From contig NZ_JMCB01000016.1 in NCBI RefSeq assembly GCF_000737315.1, positions 1 through 64,000 on the forward strand: a stretch of 64,000 bases of DNA. Reading direction: 5' to 3'. Shown piece by piece: positions 28,901 through 36,809 of this stretch. Below the pieces are notes generated by a model, which ran no database searches, was not told where the DNA came from, and saw only the letters and a program-made list of their open reading frames with translations. How positions within the stretch are numbered: the stretch's first letter is position 1; each line of letters starts with the position of its first letter. Origin of the DNA: Hyalangium minutum. GTDB taxonomy: Bacteria > Myxococcota > Myxococcia > Myxococcales > Myxococcaceae. A program made the translations under genes and the position numbers.

Positions 28901-29146
28901 TCTCCCGAGGCGGCGGTGGCCTCTCTTCTAGGAGTACCTAGAGCTTTTTCACAAGCTGTGGGTGATGAATTCCGTCATGCGCACGGCGCACTCACGCCAT
29001 CTGCGGCGTCCAAATTTAAAGCGTTCGTGGAAACGGCCGACGTCGCCCAATGGGAGCGTATTGTGGCTCGGTGTTCGCTAAATGTCCGAGCTGAGGATGT
29101 ACGCATCATCTGGAGGCAAATGCAGGGTATCGCAGAGCGAGGATAA
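25997..29146 (+). CDS. hamB: Ski2-like SF2 DEAH helicase with N-terminal helical domain (HamB-like)
   Basis: PTSAGKT (I), PTRALA (Ia), TPEKLD (Ib), DEAH (II), HHSAL, ATSTLAQGMN (V), AGRAGR (VI); about 300-aa helical N-terminus; low GC. Confidence 0.85.
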   Translation: MDEFLQLAEAQEVSTLLSKVDTAELAVRLGIDTVTTPPKAEARLRVAAVTAFAQRINELGGSDFLRNDTDALDAVHEQAWRAVFYKWTGYLSAMEAQGASPSIDDLILAVASGLAARRPSDVRFMLHRPLVGTALARAATAQPMWDQRVRNDIGRSLVHLVRQRDHADVAESGEVIRQLMVNQKTAESQRFEQQSTKSGAFGLLGLYHLAEATIRTSEFLLSGAAGNGERKNRDFAPQLRRLLTRAEEYLELAGDPEALLWLTGVALVLECIRSDSLWTQARGISEGLDALLATITSNEREKPVFSLLPSQQEALRQHLLDPTRVAVVLQMPTSAGKTLLAEFAIVQAFEAYKTGTRAIYLCPTRALATQIRRTLGEDLARVGIQVSVAGSAFEEDPFELELLESSDGVIVATPEKLDLLLRAHPTWAETLRLVIVDEAHLLKDSERGVRLELLLANLRREHPATRLLLLTPFVENASQIASWLGESRGTPISVHWRPSRVLLGLATIKGGGKNRALTVEWKEPHESARKPDNLKVHVDVPAGLVNSAQDRVAYLYERFSKLGTVLTICSNSRVAAEQVASKVAFAQPVLASTTPALRVAIALARHDYGDESLLANCLERGVAFHHSALSPTLRYLVEDQIRAGTIKFVAATSTLAQGMNFPVAAVLVQSVHKPEGAGPLTPGEFWNIAGRAGRVGVADRGVIVFVNPQDREHWEKYSSSLSESLTSALLSILGQLGDGASLKELYKKHPELRPFIQYLAHAAATLGPAKATADLEELLQASLANRQVKSGVQAQRLRTIARSYLREIGGKNTGYLKIADTTGLGSFSFDSLFAQITHDEVLRSGPGEILRQRQRGLDHLVDALQWLPELNLAIGLGEGQMDVQAVARIVQGWMDGSPIHKLASEFRGKDLPEQTRKAGAYVYSKVSQTISWGAHAYLRGWSMRANIDVDKIPPKDAMLPTYIQYGVHSPEAAVASLLGVPRAFSQAVGDEFRHAHGALTPSAASKFKAFVETADVAQWERIVARCSLNVRAEDVRIIWRQMQGIAERG

Positions 29147-29589
29147 CCTTCCCGTGCATATGATCAGTAGGCTTAATCCAATTGCCTACAGCGGCAACCT
29201 CTACATGTCTGCAGCGGTTCGCACATTCGCAATTCTCTGGGACACCTCCTTTCTGGATGCTTGAAAGACAAAGTCGTCAGCGCTTGAGTCCTAAAGCAGA
29301 ACCCAAGCATCGACTTTCTCATAGAGGTCATATGAAGCGGTCGTTCGGGGCGCAGTTGGAGTTCTGCTCATATGTTCCTTGGCATGGGCTCAAGACAGGC
29401 AGTTCCAAAGTTTCAGGTTAATTGGGCGACTGCAGACTGGGTGAACACTGGCCGATCTTGCCTCTCCTTGGAGGGTGATGGCTCCCTGCAAGGCAGAGCC
29501 AAAGAATTGGATGAAAGACACGGTCTTGCCTTGCTCACTGCTCCTGCTCCGCTTCTGGCGGTGCTCCTGAGAGATAGGAACCACCACCT

Positions 29590-29883
29590 GGACGAGAACG
29601 TGGAACCTCAGAACCCTCTGTTCGAGCTCGCGAGGACTGATCGATTCGATGTGGGCACCGCCGTTGACGACAGTCGGAGATACGACGACGTCGCCTATTG
29701 GCGGATTCGCGGAAGAGAGCAGCAATTGATTGATTTCCTCGGGGGAGCCCGCTCCGACACCGGAGAGCCCTACCAGACCGAGAACGCCGTGCGCGGCGTG
29801 GCAAAAGACAATCCGCAAGGCCGACGCTTCCACGATGCCGCCACGGAACTGTGGGCCCACTTCACCCTTACGCGGGATACTAG
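29590..29883 (+). pseudogene. Orphan C-terminal fragment of a URI/GIY-YIG-like polymorphic nuclease toxin
   Basis: RIRGREQQLIDFLGGARSDTG...ENAVRGVAKDNP..RFHDAATELW. Restoring one G gives WGPLHPYAGY* ending at TAG 29881-29883. No N-terminus present. Confidence 0.6.
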
Positions 29884-29885
29884 AG

Positions 29886-30291
29886 ATGCTGCGGATCTAC
29901 AAGCCGGGCTCGTTCTTGAGAATACCTCTTGCCGACGGCTCTTGGGGGTACGGCCGGGTGCTCAAGTTGCCGCATGATGCCTATTACGATTAATGGTTCG
30001 CCATATGGAGGAGAGAGCGTGGGAACTCATCGGGTGGAGGGAACTGGAGGAGCCGTTTTCTCAACCTATCCTCCACTATACCCAGGACATTGGGAACTTC
30101 CGCGACTGCAGGATCTTCGGCACCGCAGGCAATTCGAGGAGCGCGGAACCCCAAGAGGTATTGGGCTTGAGTACTCGGCTGTCTGGGAAGAGGTGGGAGT
30201 CGAGCAACGTCTGCTCGACTCCTTCATGGGGCGGCCCAACGCCTCGGTGGAGCGCTTGAAGGTGCGCCTGAAACTAGGAGGCTCCCCATGA
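29886..30291 (+). pseudogene. Disrupted Imm26-family immunity gene
   Basis: Three frames join: MLRIYKPGSFLRIPLADGSWGYGRVL..YYD* / VRHMEERAWELIGWRELEE..QDIGNFRDCRIF / GLEYSAVWE..EQRLLDSFMGRPN..ERLKVRLK. Confidence 0.7.
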
Positions 30292-31658
30292 AGCGCTGGG
30301 CGGTTGTGCTGCTGTTCGCATCCCTCGTGGGGTGCACCCCAACGAAGGTCGTCCGCCTGGACACAGGCCAGGGCAGGCCGATCATCCACGTCCCGCGCCG
30401 TGACTTGGGGCCGGTGGAGGTGAGCCAAGAGAAGTTCAAGGAAGCCGTAGCCGAGCACTCCCCCTCCGTGCCAGCCGTGGAGCGGCCTCTAGAATACGCC
30501 GGGCGGTTGTTCGATGTGCCGGAGCGAAGCGGTTGGTTCTGGTACGAAGGCAGGAGTCAGCGGCTCATGGCCTCGGAGCCGGGGAGTACCCCGAACCTGC
30601 GATTGCTGCCCGAGGACGGGGAACTGAAGCGCCGCTACCTGCTGTGGTGCGAGGAACTCTGGGGCGGCGGAGATTGCCTGCGGTTGCTGGTGGACAAGCC
30701 CTTCCTGGATGGGGATGCCAAGTACGCGCTGGCCATGGCCATTGCTCACAGCAAGGTGCTGGGGGCCATGAAAGAGGAACTCGCCCGGATGGTGAACCCC
30801 CAGGCGGTGGTGGCGACCGTAGTGGGCGGCCTGACCATGTACGCAATATTGCTCGCCCTGCCCGAGCCGGTGAGCAAGGGCGTGGCGGCGCTGTTGACGC
30901 TGGGGGCCATCGCCTACCTGGGCTGGGACACGGTATGGCGGCTCATGGATGGGTGGCTGGTGTTGATGAAGGAAGTGGATCAGGCCACCACCTTCGACGG
31001 CATCTCCGCGTCCGGAGAGAAGTTCGGGGACACAATGGGGGAGAAGGCGGCACGAGCCTTCGTCATGTTGGGCACGGTGGCCCTGGGAAACACGGCTTCG
31101 GGGATGGCTGCGACATTGCCGAAGTTGCCAGGGGCCGGGCAAGCGGCGGTGGTGGCCGAGACGCAGCTGAACCTCCGCTTCACGGCCCCTTCTCTGGCCC
31201 AGGTGGAGTCGGTCGCCATCACTGCCGAGGGCGTCACCATCGCGCTGGCTCCCAATGCAGTCGCCATGGTGGCTCGCGACAGTTCAAGCAGCACCGTGGG
31301 AAGATTCAGGGCAGGCACTTACGGTGATCTCAAGAATGCTGGCATCAAGGACGCGCACCATGTGATTCAAGATGCCGCCGTTCGTGAGCTGCCCGGATAT
31401 GACAGTCGTGCAGCCCCTGCTGTTGAACTGAAGGGGCCAGCGACGCGCGTTGGCACTGCACACTATGAGGCGACTCAGGTTCAGCGTCAGGCTGGGGGAG
31501 GGACCTATGCGGACGAGCGCAGGATCGCCTATGAGGCCCTGCGACGCGCGGGACTGTCTCATGAGGAGGCGCAAACGCTGATTGGCCGCGCCGATGACTA
31601 CTTCAAATCGATCGGTGTCACGCCATCAACACCGACCAGAATCCCTGGCAACCGGTAG
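30288..31658 (+). CDS. sitA5: SitA5-like polymorphic lipoprotein toxin with predicted His-containing nuclease C-terminal domain
   Basis: Lipobox LVGC (Cys16), VVRLDTGQG, conserved hydrophobic middle (LLALPEPVSKGVAALLT), low-GC C-terminal domain DAHHVIQDAA...HYEAT...RIPGNR. Confidence 0.8.
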   Translation: MKRWAVVLLFASLVGCTPTKVVRLDTGQGRPIIHVPRRDLGPVEVSQEKFKEAVAEHSPSVPAVERPLEYAGRLFDVPERSGWFWYEGRSQRLMASEPGSTPNLRLLPEDGELKRRYLLWCEELWGGGDCLRLLVDKPFLDGDAKYALAMAIAHSKVLGAMKEELARMVNPQAVVATVVGGLTMYAILLALPEPVSKGVAALLTLGAIAYLGWDTVWRLMDGWLVLMKEVDQATTFDGISASGEKFGDTMGEKAARAFVMLGTVALGNTASGMAATLPKLPGAGQAAVVAETQLNLRFTAPSLAQVESVAITAEGVTIALAPNAVAMVARDSSSSTVGRFRAGTYGDLKNAGIKDAHHVIQDAAVRELPGYDSRAAPAVELKGPATRVGTAHYEATQVQRQAGGGTYADERRIAYEALRRAGLSHEEAQTLIGRADDYFKSIGVTPSTPTRIPGNR

Positions 31659-31669
31659 GAGGCCCCACC

Positions 31670-32005
31670 GTGGACATGAAATTGATGGGTCAGGTTCGGC
31701 GTCTGATAGAGGATCTGGCGGCAGGGCGGTATGCGGAGATCGCCGCGGATGGTCGAGCAGGGCGCCTCACTGAGGAGGAGTTGAGAACGGCTGTCGAGCA
31801 GTATGGGCGGACTCTCGTTCCCTTGCCAGTTGACGGTGAGATGCTTGTAGATGTCTATGCGCAGACGTCTCAGCCGGGTGCGGTCACCCTAGATGTACCT
31901 CTGTGGACCCGGGAGGAAGGCCGCAGCGACCTGACACTTTCGGTGACGGCGATCAAGCAGGGTGAAGCCTACACAGTCGAAGTGGACGATCTGCATGTTC
32001 TTTAG
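31670..32005 (+). CDS. Cognate immunity protein (SitI-like)
   Basis: 111 aa, 11 bp after the toxin with GGAGG RBS; LDVPLWTREEGRSDLTL motif; lower GC like the toxin C-terminus. Confidence 0.75.
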   Translation: MDMKLMGQVRRLIEDLAAGRYAEIAADGRAGRLTEEELRTAVEQYGRTLVPLPVDGEMLVDVYAQTSQPGAVTLDVPLWTREEGRSDLTLSVTAIKQGEAYTVEVDDLHVL

Positions 32006-32020
32006 TGGCTGGTACTGAGG

Positions 32021-33415
32021 TTATCGGAAATCCGGAGGCGCGGACGTGGGCGGCGGTTTGCGGCGCGTGCCCATAGATGGTGCGTAGCAGCGGCCCTTGA
32101 TGAAGACCAAGCTGTTCTTCTCGCACTCCTCGGCATCTTTGGTGGGAACTTCCACCCAGCAGCCTCCGTTGAGGGAAATCTGCTTGGAGCCAGGGCAGCG
32201 GCCTTTCGCATCAGGGGTGAGCTGTCCCGGAAAGGGCTCCGGAGGTGGGGCTTGGCTGATCGTCTTGGGCTGGGAGGAGCTTTGTTCCGGTGGCGGCTGG
32301 GGCTGTGGCGTCGTCTCGCCCAGGTTGGCGGTGTCTCTCTCTGTTCGTTTTGAGAGCGAGGCCACCGGCTCTTCCACGGACTCGATGTGGGATGGCGCGT
32401 GCACGGCCTTCCAGGCCCAAAGCACGAGGAGTGCTCCCGCGAGCACCCATGCGCTCCGGATGCTCCACGACCTCCCGCCCACTCGAGGAGGGATGCGAGA
32501 GCCTCCCGCCTGCTTCTCCACACATGACGCAGCGGCTTCCAGTGCTTCTGCGAGTTCTCTGGCGGTGCCGCGAGCCTCTGGGGACACTGAGAGCATGCGG
32601 ACAATGAGCGCGCTGAGCTGGGCATCCAAGCGCGGATTGAGTTCCTGGGGAGAGGGCAGGGGGAGCGCATCCAAAGTCCAGGCGCCTGCGTCATCCTGTA
32701 GGAGCCCAGCGGTGAAGGGATACTCGCCGGTGACGAGCCGGTAGGCTGTCACTCCCAGCGCGTACACGTCATCCGCGGGTCCGGCCACGTAATGAGCGTC
32801 CTGGGAGTGCTCGGAGCGGCGCTCGAACAGCCACGCTTCGGGAGAGCGGTAGGGCGGAGTCCCCGGCGGCAGGGGCTCCCACGTCAACCTCGCGGCACAG
32901 GGATAGTTGCCGGCGCCAAAGTCCGTCAGCACGGCCTGGCCATCCGAGTGGCGCACCAGCATATTGTCGCCCTTCACGTCCCGGTGCACCGCGCCGGCGG
33001 CATGGGTCGCTTCGAGCGCCCGTGCCAGCTGCGCCAGCATCTGGAGCACCTGCAGGTTCGTGGGGTGGTGCTCGAGCGCCCACGTGTACAGCGGCGTGCC
33101 CTGAATCCACTCCATGATGATGTACGGAAAGAACGTGCCCGATGGGTGCCGCCAGAAGCCATGGCCGAGCAGTCGCGGGATGCTCGGGTGGTGCACGAGC
33201 GACAGCAGCCCCACCTCCCGCATGAAGCGCGGATCCCACGGGCGCATGGCCATCTTGAGAGCCACGGGGCCTGCGGACGCCTGGCCGATGCGGACGGCGC
33301 GGTAGACCACCCCATAGGCGCCGTGCCCGTGGTAGTCCACCAACAGCCAGTCGTGCACCCGGGTGCCCAGGGGAGGACCGAAGAGAAGACCCGTGGGCTC
33401 TGACGCGCGTTCCAT
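32021..33415 (-). CDS. Myxobacterial membrane Ser/Thr protein kinase with Cys-rich C-terminal domain
   Basis: GHGAYGVV, VALK, HRDVKGDN, DFG, DDVYALG; TM segment; C-terminal CPG..GGCW..C..GRCY. Confidence 0.92.
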   Translation of the reverse strand: MERASEPTGLLFGPPLGTRVHDWLLVDYHGHGAYGVVYRAVRIGQASAGPVALKMAMRPWDPRFMREVGLLSLVHHPSIPRLLGHGFWRHPSGTFFPYIIMEWIQGTPLYTWALEHHPTNLQVLQMLAQLARALEATHAAGAVHRDVKGDNMLVRHSDGQAVLTDFGAGNYPCAARLTWEPLPPGTPPYRSPEAWLFERRSEHSQDAHYVAGPADDVYALGVTAYRLVTGEYPFTAGLLQDDAGAWTLDALPLPSPQELNPRLDAQLSALIVRMLSVSPEARGTARELAEALEAAASCVEKQAGGSRIPPRVGGRSWSIRSAWVLAGALLVLWAWKAVHAPSHIESVEEPVASLSKRTERDTANLGETTPQPQPPPEQSSSQPKTISQAPPPEPFPGQLTPDAKGRCPGSKQISLNGGCWVEVPTKDAEECEKNSLVFIKGRCYAPSMGTRRKPPPTSAPPDFR

Positions 33416-33464
33416 GGAGATGCCTCACAGCGCGGAAGGCCGTCGCCTCCCGCTTCTGTGGCAT

Positions 33465-33481
33465 CCTACCTGATAGGTCGG
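33465..33481. promoter_or_regulatory. Palindrome CCTACC-TGATA-GGTCGG (third copy of dispersed motif)
   Basis: One mismatch to CCTACC-N5-GGTAGG; 50 bp upstream of the kinase start. Confidence 0.5.
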
Positions 33482-33534
33482 CAGGGGGAACGGTTTGCTA
33501 CGACACGGTCCGGTGGACCTAGAAGCCGAATGGC

Positions 33535-35766
33535 TCAGCGTGGACCGCCGAGGGTTCGGACGAAGAACAGCTGGATGTCGTCGAAGTAGTAGCGGTCCGC
33601 GGGCGGCCGGGGACCGTGGGGCTCTCCCGGCATGATGAGCATCTCGAAGTGCTTGCCTGCGCGGATCAGCGCGTCGGCCATGCGCATCGTCGTGGAGAGG
33701 GAGGCGTTCACGTCGCTGGAGCCATGCATCATCTTGAGCGGCCCTTGAAGGTTCCCGGCCAGGGCCATGTTGGACCCGGCCTGGTAGCCGGCGGGATTCA
33801 CGCTGGGGAGGCCGAGGTAGGGCTCGTTGATGATCGCCTCCTCCTCCAGCGCGCCCGGGGCTCCCGCGTAGCCCGCCTTGAAGAACTCCGGAGCCATCAG
33901 CATGCCACGCAGGGCGAAGTAGCCGCCCCACGAGTGGCCGAAGATCCCGACACGCTCCATATCCATCCAGGGACGGGTGGTGGCGGCCTGCTTGAGGCCC
34001 GCGACGTAGTCGGGAATCTCGGTCTGGCCGACCCGGCCATAGGTCGCGTCCTGAAAGGCTTTGCTCCGGCCCGGAGTGCCCCGGGGATCGAGCACCATGA
34101 CGATGAAGCCCATCTGCGCGAGGCCCTGTGCGTGGAGCGACGAGGCGGTGCCGATGAAGTTCCAGGGCACGACCGTCATGAATTGTCCTGCATAGATATA
34201 GGCGATGACCGGATAGCGCCTGGCCGGGTCGAAATCGCGCGGCTTGTAGAGCACGCCGTGCAGGGGCGTGGTGCCATCGGCGGCCAGGACGGTGAGTGCC
34301 TCCGGAGGCTTGTAGCCCAGCTCCTCGAGGGCGCTCGCATCGGCCGTCGTGAGACGAAAGCGGGTCTTGCCGTCCGTGGACACCATGTCCCGCAGCCGCG
34401 GCTGCGTCCGAGAGGACCAGGCGTCCACGTAGTAGCTGCCGGAAGGGGAGAAGGCGATCCGGTGGATGCCCGAGCCTGACGACATCCGCTTCAGCGCGCC
34501 GCCCTTGAGGCTTCCCCGGTAGAGCAGGTGCTCGTACGGCGCAGCGCTGTCGGCGGAGGCCAGCAGGAAGACCGCGTCGCCCTTCGGCGCGACGCCGGCC
34601 ACTTGATGGATGGGGAAGGCGCCTCGGGTGACCTGGCGCACGAGCTTCCCTGCGAAGTCGTACAGGTAGACGTGCCGCCATCCGTCACGCTCGGACAACC
34701 AGAGGAAGCCGGTGTCGTCCGGCAGCGGTGTCACTTGGCGTGCCCAGCCCTCCTCGGCGAAGTCCAACCCGGCCACGAAGCTCTCCGGCCGCTCCTCGCG
34801 CAGCACCCGCCGGCGCTTCCCCGAGCCAGGCTCCACCGCGGAGAGGTCCAGCCGCTTGCCGTCGCGCGACATGTGAAGGATCAGCGCCTCTCCGCTGCCG
34901 GGGCGCCAGCCGGCGAACCAGTCATAGGTCTCTTCTTCCAGGGGAGGGATGGGGGTCACGCGGCCGGTGGCCGGTTCGATCACGTAGAACTCCGAGCGCC
35001 CCAGCGGCGTGCCCGTCTTGACGTAGGGAACCAGGGTCACCCGCTCGAGGGCACTCGAGTAGTCCACGATCGGAATCTTGTGAGCGCCGCGCAGATCGTT
35101 GCGCCAGACCATCAGGAAGCGGCTGTCGGGAGACCAGGCCCTCTCGGGAAGCTGCCAGCCGTAGTTCTCCTCTCCGCTGCGTTCGATCCGCGTGCGTCCG
35201 TCGCCACCCAGCACCGCGAAGCCACCATCGCGCTGCACCGCGACGGCTTGACCATCGGGAGCGAGGAGGTTGCCTCGGGACGAGGCCAGGGCAGCCAGGT
35301 CCGTCGGAGCCAGCGCCGTGACGCGGCCATCCGACAGGCCCAGGCCGAAGAAACGTTCCTCGATCCGAAAGACGATCCCCCGCTGGTCCGGAGCGATGGC
35401 GAAGCCCAGCTGGTCCGGCAGCTGAACCGGCTTCCCCATCAGCCGTGAGAGCTGGGTCCGCAGCTCGGCGCTGGGCAGCAGCGGCTTCATGGCTCCGGTC
35501 CGAGCATGAACCAAAATCCAGGTGCCCGCGTCCGGCCCCACCGCCGACCAGAAGATCAGCTGGTCTCCCTCTCGGAGCCATTGCTGCGGGATCAGGCTGT
35601 CGCGAACGAGCTGCGGGAGCCGCAGGTACTGATCGGAGAGGTCCAGCCGCGCCTGCAGCTGCTTGTCCGGCGTGGCGGAGGCTGGAGCACCGGGCTCGAG
35701 CGCCAGCATGGGCGTACCCGCGAGGGTGGTGATCAGGATGCCGAAGCGGAAGAGGAGGCGTCGCAT
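33535..35766 (-). CDS. Secreted S9-family (DPP IV-like) peptidase
   Basis: Signal peptide, beta-propeller, GHSWGG nucleophile, HGSSDVN, GEPHG. Confidence 0.92.
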   Translation of the reverse strand: MRRLLFRFGILITTLAGTPMLALEPGAPASATPDKQLQARLDLSDQYLRLPQLVRDSLIPQQWLREGDQLIFWSAVGPDAGTWILVHARTGAMKPLLPSAELRTQLSRLMGKPVQLPDQLGFAIAPDQRGIVFRIEERFFGLGLSDGRVTALAPTDLAALASSRGNLLAPDGQAVAVQRDGGFAVLGGDGRTRIERSGEENYGWQLPERAWSPDSRFLMVWRNDLRGAHKIPIVDYSSALERVTLVPYVKTGTPLGRSEFYVIEPATGRVTPIPPLEEETYDWFAGWRPGSGEALILHMSRDGKRLDLSAVEPGSGKRRRVLREERPESFVAGLDFAEEGWARQVTPLPDDTGFLWLSERDGWRHVYLYDFAGKLVRQVTRGAFPIHQVAGVAPKGDAVFLLASADSAAPYEHLLYRGSLKGGALKRMSSGSGIHRIAFSPSGSYYVDAWSSRTQPRLRDMVSTDGKTRFRLTTADASALEELGYKPPEALTVLAADGTTPLHGVLYKPRDFDPARRYPVIAYIYAGQFMTVVPWNFIGTASSLHAQGLAQMGFIVMVLDPRGTPGRSKAFQDATYGRVGQTEIPDYVAGLKQAATTRPWMDMERVGIFGHSWGGYFALRGMLMAPEFFKAGYAGAPGALEEEAIINEPYLGLPSVNPAGYQAGSNMALAGNLQGPLKMMHGSSDVNASLSTTMRMADALIRAGKHFEMLIMPGEPHGPRPPADRYYFDDIQLFFVRTLGGPR

Positions 35767-35842
35767 GACCGCAGGGTAGGAAACGGGATCATGCACTACC
35801 AATATCTCTTTCACCCTGGATTCAGACGGATAGCGTCTGGAT

Positions 35843-36736
35843 ATGGAATTCCGCCAGCTTCAGCTCTTCGTCGCCGTAGCGGAGGAGCTGCACTTCGGCC
35901 GGGCCGCTGCCCGGGTAGGGATGGCCCAGCCGCCGTTCAGCCAGCAGATCCGCAAGCTCGAGGCCGAGCTGGGGGTGGAGCTGCTCACCCGGACGAGTCG
36001 CCGCGTGGCTCTGACCCCCGCGGGGAGCCGCTTCCTGGACGACGCCCGGGAGCTGCTGTCGAGGCGCGTGGAGGTGATCTCCACGGTCCGGCGGGCAGCC
36101 CAAGGAGAGACAGGGCCCCTGAGGGTCGGCTTCGGTGCGTCGTCGGCCTTCGGGATCCTCCCTCGCATCGTGCTCCGGTTCCGGTCACGGTTTCCGGAGG
36201 TGAAGCTCGAGCTCGACGATCGCGAGAAGCTGGACGTCGGTGTCGCGCTCAGCACCGGCGATCTGGATCTCGCCATCGTCCGGGCCCCTTTTCGGCATGA
36301 CGGAGTGACGGTCGAACAGCTGCTCCGGGAACGGTTCGTGCTAGCGCTCCCCGCGCGGCACCCCAGAGCGCGCCAGAAGGTCGTTGCCCTGGCCTCGCTG
36401 GCGAGCGAACCCTTCATCCTCTTTCCCCGGCACGCGGCTCCAGGCCTGCACGACACGATCACCAGCATGTGTCTCGGCGCGGGCTTCTCGCCGCTCATCC
36501 ACCAGGAAGCCAGCTCCTGGCCGTCGGTCGTCGGCATGGTGGAAGCGGGGCTTGGGATCACCATCGCGCCGATGTCGGCCCAGGCGCTGCGGCCGCAGGG
36601 AGTGGTGTTCAGGGAGCTGAGCGGCGCCCCTGGATGGGCGGAGCTGGCGGTCGCCTTCCGAGGTCCGCAACTCATGCCTGCGGCGGCGCACTTCCGTGCG
36701 ATCGCGCATGAGACCGTCACGCTGACCCGGGAGTGA
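35843..36736 (+). CDS. LysR-family transcriptional regulator
   Basis: AEELHFGRAA...MAQPPFSQQIRKLE; divergent from the S9 peptidase; ATA-N9-TAT box just upstream. Confidence 0.93.
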   Translation: MEFRQLQLFVAVAEELHFGRAAARVGMAQPPFSQQIRKLEAELGVELLTRTSRRVALTPAGSRFLDDARELLSRRVEVISTVRRAAQGETGPLRVGFGASSAFGILPRIVLRFRSRFPEVKLELDDREKLDVGVALSTGDLDLAIVRAPFRHDGVTVEQLLRERFVLALPARHPRARQKVVALASLASEPFILFPRHAAPGLHDTITSMCLGAGFSPLIHQEASSWPSVVGMVEAGLGITIAPMSAQALRPQGVVFRELSGAPGWAELAVAFRGPQLMPAAAHFRAIAHETVTLTRE

Positions 36737-36809
36737 CGTATGGACCGCGCGGCTCGTTTCATAGTATCCGGCGCGAGGCCAACGTCCTAGGTCCTTTCAG
36801 GGAAAAGAG

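Noticed and set aside
29147-29590. AT-rich stretch after the helicase as a third defence gene (HamC-like) or ncRNA
   Set aside because: Frames on both strands are interrupted by stops and have no recognisable motif; only a short hairpin (gtaggc/gcctac) is seen. Probably decayed DNA.
29372-29977. 201-aa ORF as an intact gene
   Set aside because: Chimeric: a non-coding-looking N-terminus runs into the frameshifted toxin remnant and then off-frame over Imm26.
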